Positions 62,939 through 64,000 of a stretch of 64,000 nucleotides of DNA are shown piece after piece. The stretch is from Candidatus Shapirobacteria bacterium (lineage in GTDB: Bacteria > Patescibacteriota > Microgenomatia > UBA12405). The stretch spans positions 350,679 through 414,678 of the forward strand of contig JAQWEN010000001.1 in the NCBI GenBank assembly GCA_028704885.1, read 5' to 3'. The position numbers and the translations under genes are program-made. Every line of letters starts with the position of its first letter. The first letter of the stretch is position 1. The notes beneath the pieces were generated by a model. It had not been told where the DNA came from and ran no database searches. It saw only the letters and a program-made list of their open reading frames with translations.

Positions 62939-63283
62939 GTGAAAATAGAAAAATTTGAAGATTTAGTTTGTTGGAAGAAATCTCAGAGTTTTATTATTGA
63001 GATATATAAAGTTTTTAGTAGTTGTAAAGATTATTCCTTTAAAGATCAAATAGTTAGAGCAGCTGTTTCAATTTCAAATAATATTGCTGAAGGATTTGAA
63101 AGATTATCAAATAAAGATTTTAGAAAATTTTTATATATTTCAAAAGGATCATGTGGTGAAGTAAGATCGATGTTGTATTTATCAAAAGAGTTAAAATATG
63201 TTACAGAAGAAGAGTTTAATTTTTTGTATAATCAATCAATAGAAATTTCAAAAATTTTATCAGGTTTAATTAAATCTTTATAA
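62939..63283 (+). CDS. Four-helix-bundle protein (TIGR02436-type, 23S rRNA intervening-sequence protein family)
   Basis: FKDQIVRAAVSISNNIAEGFERLSNKDFRKFLYISKGSCGEVRSMLYLS matches the conserved S-x-NI-AEG...G-S-x-E core. Confidence 0.7.
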   Translation: MKIEKFEDLVCWKKSQSFIIEIYKVFSSCKDYSFKDQIVRAAVSISNNIAEGFERLSNKDFRKFLYISKGSCGEVRSMLYLSKELKYVTEEEFNFLYNQSIEISKILSGLIKSL

Positions 63284-63312
63284 CTTTATACTTTTAACTT
63301 TATAACTAAACC

Positions 63313-63639
63313 ATGAACATAATTACTCTACAAATAATACTATTCGCATTTGCCATATTTATGGCTTATTCTTTGTTTTTACATTGGAAAAAGAAAAATA
63401 TTTCTAATAATTTATTCTTTTTTTGGATATGTATTTTTTCTTTGTTTATATTTATAACTTTTTTTCCAAAAATACTTGAACCACTATTAAAAGAATTATT
63501 TCTTGTAAGGGTAATGGATTTGGGAATGATTGGGACTTTTATGATTTTAACCTATGTATCGATTGAAAATAATATTAAGATCAAGAATTTGGAAGAAAAA
63601 ATGGAAAAATTGGTTAGAAAAATTTCTTTAAAAAAATAA
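63313..63639 (+). CDS. Small 3-TM membrane protein, DUF2304-like
   Basis: LFAFAIFMAYSLFLHWKKK...FFWICIFSLFIFITFFP...MDLGMIGTFMILTYV with a basic C-tail; this type commonly accompanies DPM1-like GT2 genes. Confidence 0.45.
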   Translation: MNIITLQIILFAFAIFMAYSLFLHWKKKNISNNLFFFWICIFSLFIFITFFPKILEPLLKELFLVRVMDLGMIGTFMILTYVSIENNIKIKNLEEKMEKLVRKISLKK

Positions 63640-63646
63640 AAAAATA

Positions 63647-64000
63647 TGAAAAAACAAATAAGTTTTAAAAATAAAACATTGCTTATTACTGGTGGAACAG
63701 GTTCTTTTGGTAATAAAATGCTGCGATATTTTTTAAACAATACTGATATTGGAGAAATTCGTATTTTTAGTCGAGATGAAGAAAAACAAGATAGAATGCG
63801 CAATGAACTTTGCGATTCAAAACTGAAGTTTATTATTGGTGATGTACGTGATTATGAAAGTATAAATAGGGCTATGTCTGGGGTTGATTTTGTTTTTCAT
63901 GCAGCAGCCTTAAAACAAGTACCTTCTTGTGAGTTTTTTCCAATGGAAGCGGTTAGAACTAATATATTGGGGGCAAATAATGTTTTAAATGCAGCTGAAA
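63647..64000 (+). CDS. UDP-N-acetylglucosamine 4,6-dehydratase (PseB/CapD/FlaA1-like), partial (runs off the window)
   Basis: KTLLITGGTGSFGNKMLRYFL...IRIFSRDEEKQ...GDVRD...FHAAALKQVPSCE; no stop before the window end. Confidence 0.8.

Noticed and set aside
62577-63803. 69-aa and 83-aa minus-strand ORFs
   Set aside because: Antisense to the DPM1-like GT2 and to the DUF2304/dehydratase start region.
1-64000. CRISPR arrays, transposases, integrases, phage genes
   Set aside because: No regularly spaced repeats and no transposase/integrase/phage-like ORFs were found on either strand; the only repeats are the short tandem at 46875-46903 and the intragenic 27-bp duplication.

Overview
AT-rich (about 30-35% GC) bacterial chromosomal segment, almost fully coding, with the gene content and style of a small-genome Candidate Phyla Radiation/Patescibacteria-type organism (inference). 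Coding features include few Shine-Dalgarno sequences, many 4-14 nt gene overlaps, a four-helix-bundle protein and dozens of glycosyltransferases. Gene order: partial NUDIX gene, a Pol-beta-type nucleotidyltransferase, CarD-like, ndk, ArsR regulator, LysM protein, tRNA-Gly/tRNA-Thr, a surface protein, an O-antigen-ligase/GT2/GT4 set, a large secreted LCAT-like lipase ending at tRNA-Val, lepB, parB, rpmA-rplU, RodA-like SEDS and ileS. A division/cell-wall (dcw) cluster follows on the minus strand: rsmH, ftsL-like, ftsI, murE, an Ate1/Bpt-like gene, an Mpl/MurC-like ligase, murA, mraY, an NlpC/P60 peptidase, a compact fold-II PLP enzyme, an ATP-grasp ligase, ftsW, murG, an FtsQ-like gene, ftsA and ftsZ. 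After glyQS, recO and a large membrane-anchored protein comes a roughly 15-kb, 16-gene surface-glycan assembly operon on the minus strand (sugar-P transferase, manC, seven GT4, three GT2, Wzy-like, acetyltransferase, methyltransferase, DUF192). The window ends with a flippase-like gene, a putative SAM riboswitch plus metK, galE, Wzx, ugd, an LtaS-like gene, a GT-C plus GT2(DPM1-like) plus DUF2304 module and a partial UDP-GlcNAc 4,6-dehydratase. No CRISPR array, transposase or integrase was seen. The most unusual content is inside the dcw cluster, which lacks murD, murF, ddl, murB and mraZ at their canonical positions. It instead carries an Ate1/Bpt-like aminoacyl-tRNA transferase homolog, an Mpl-like ligase, an NlpC/P60 peptidase, and a PLP-enzyme/ATP-grasp pair next to an unannotated 52-aa LysW-like zinc-ribbon ORF, which suggests non-canonical peptidoglycan stem-peptide chemistry. 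All family assignments come from motif reading and recalled sequences; no searches were run.
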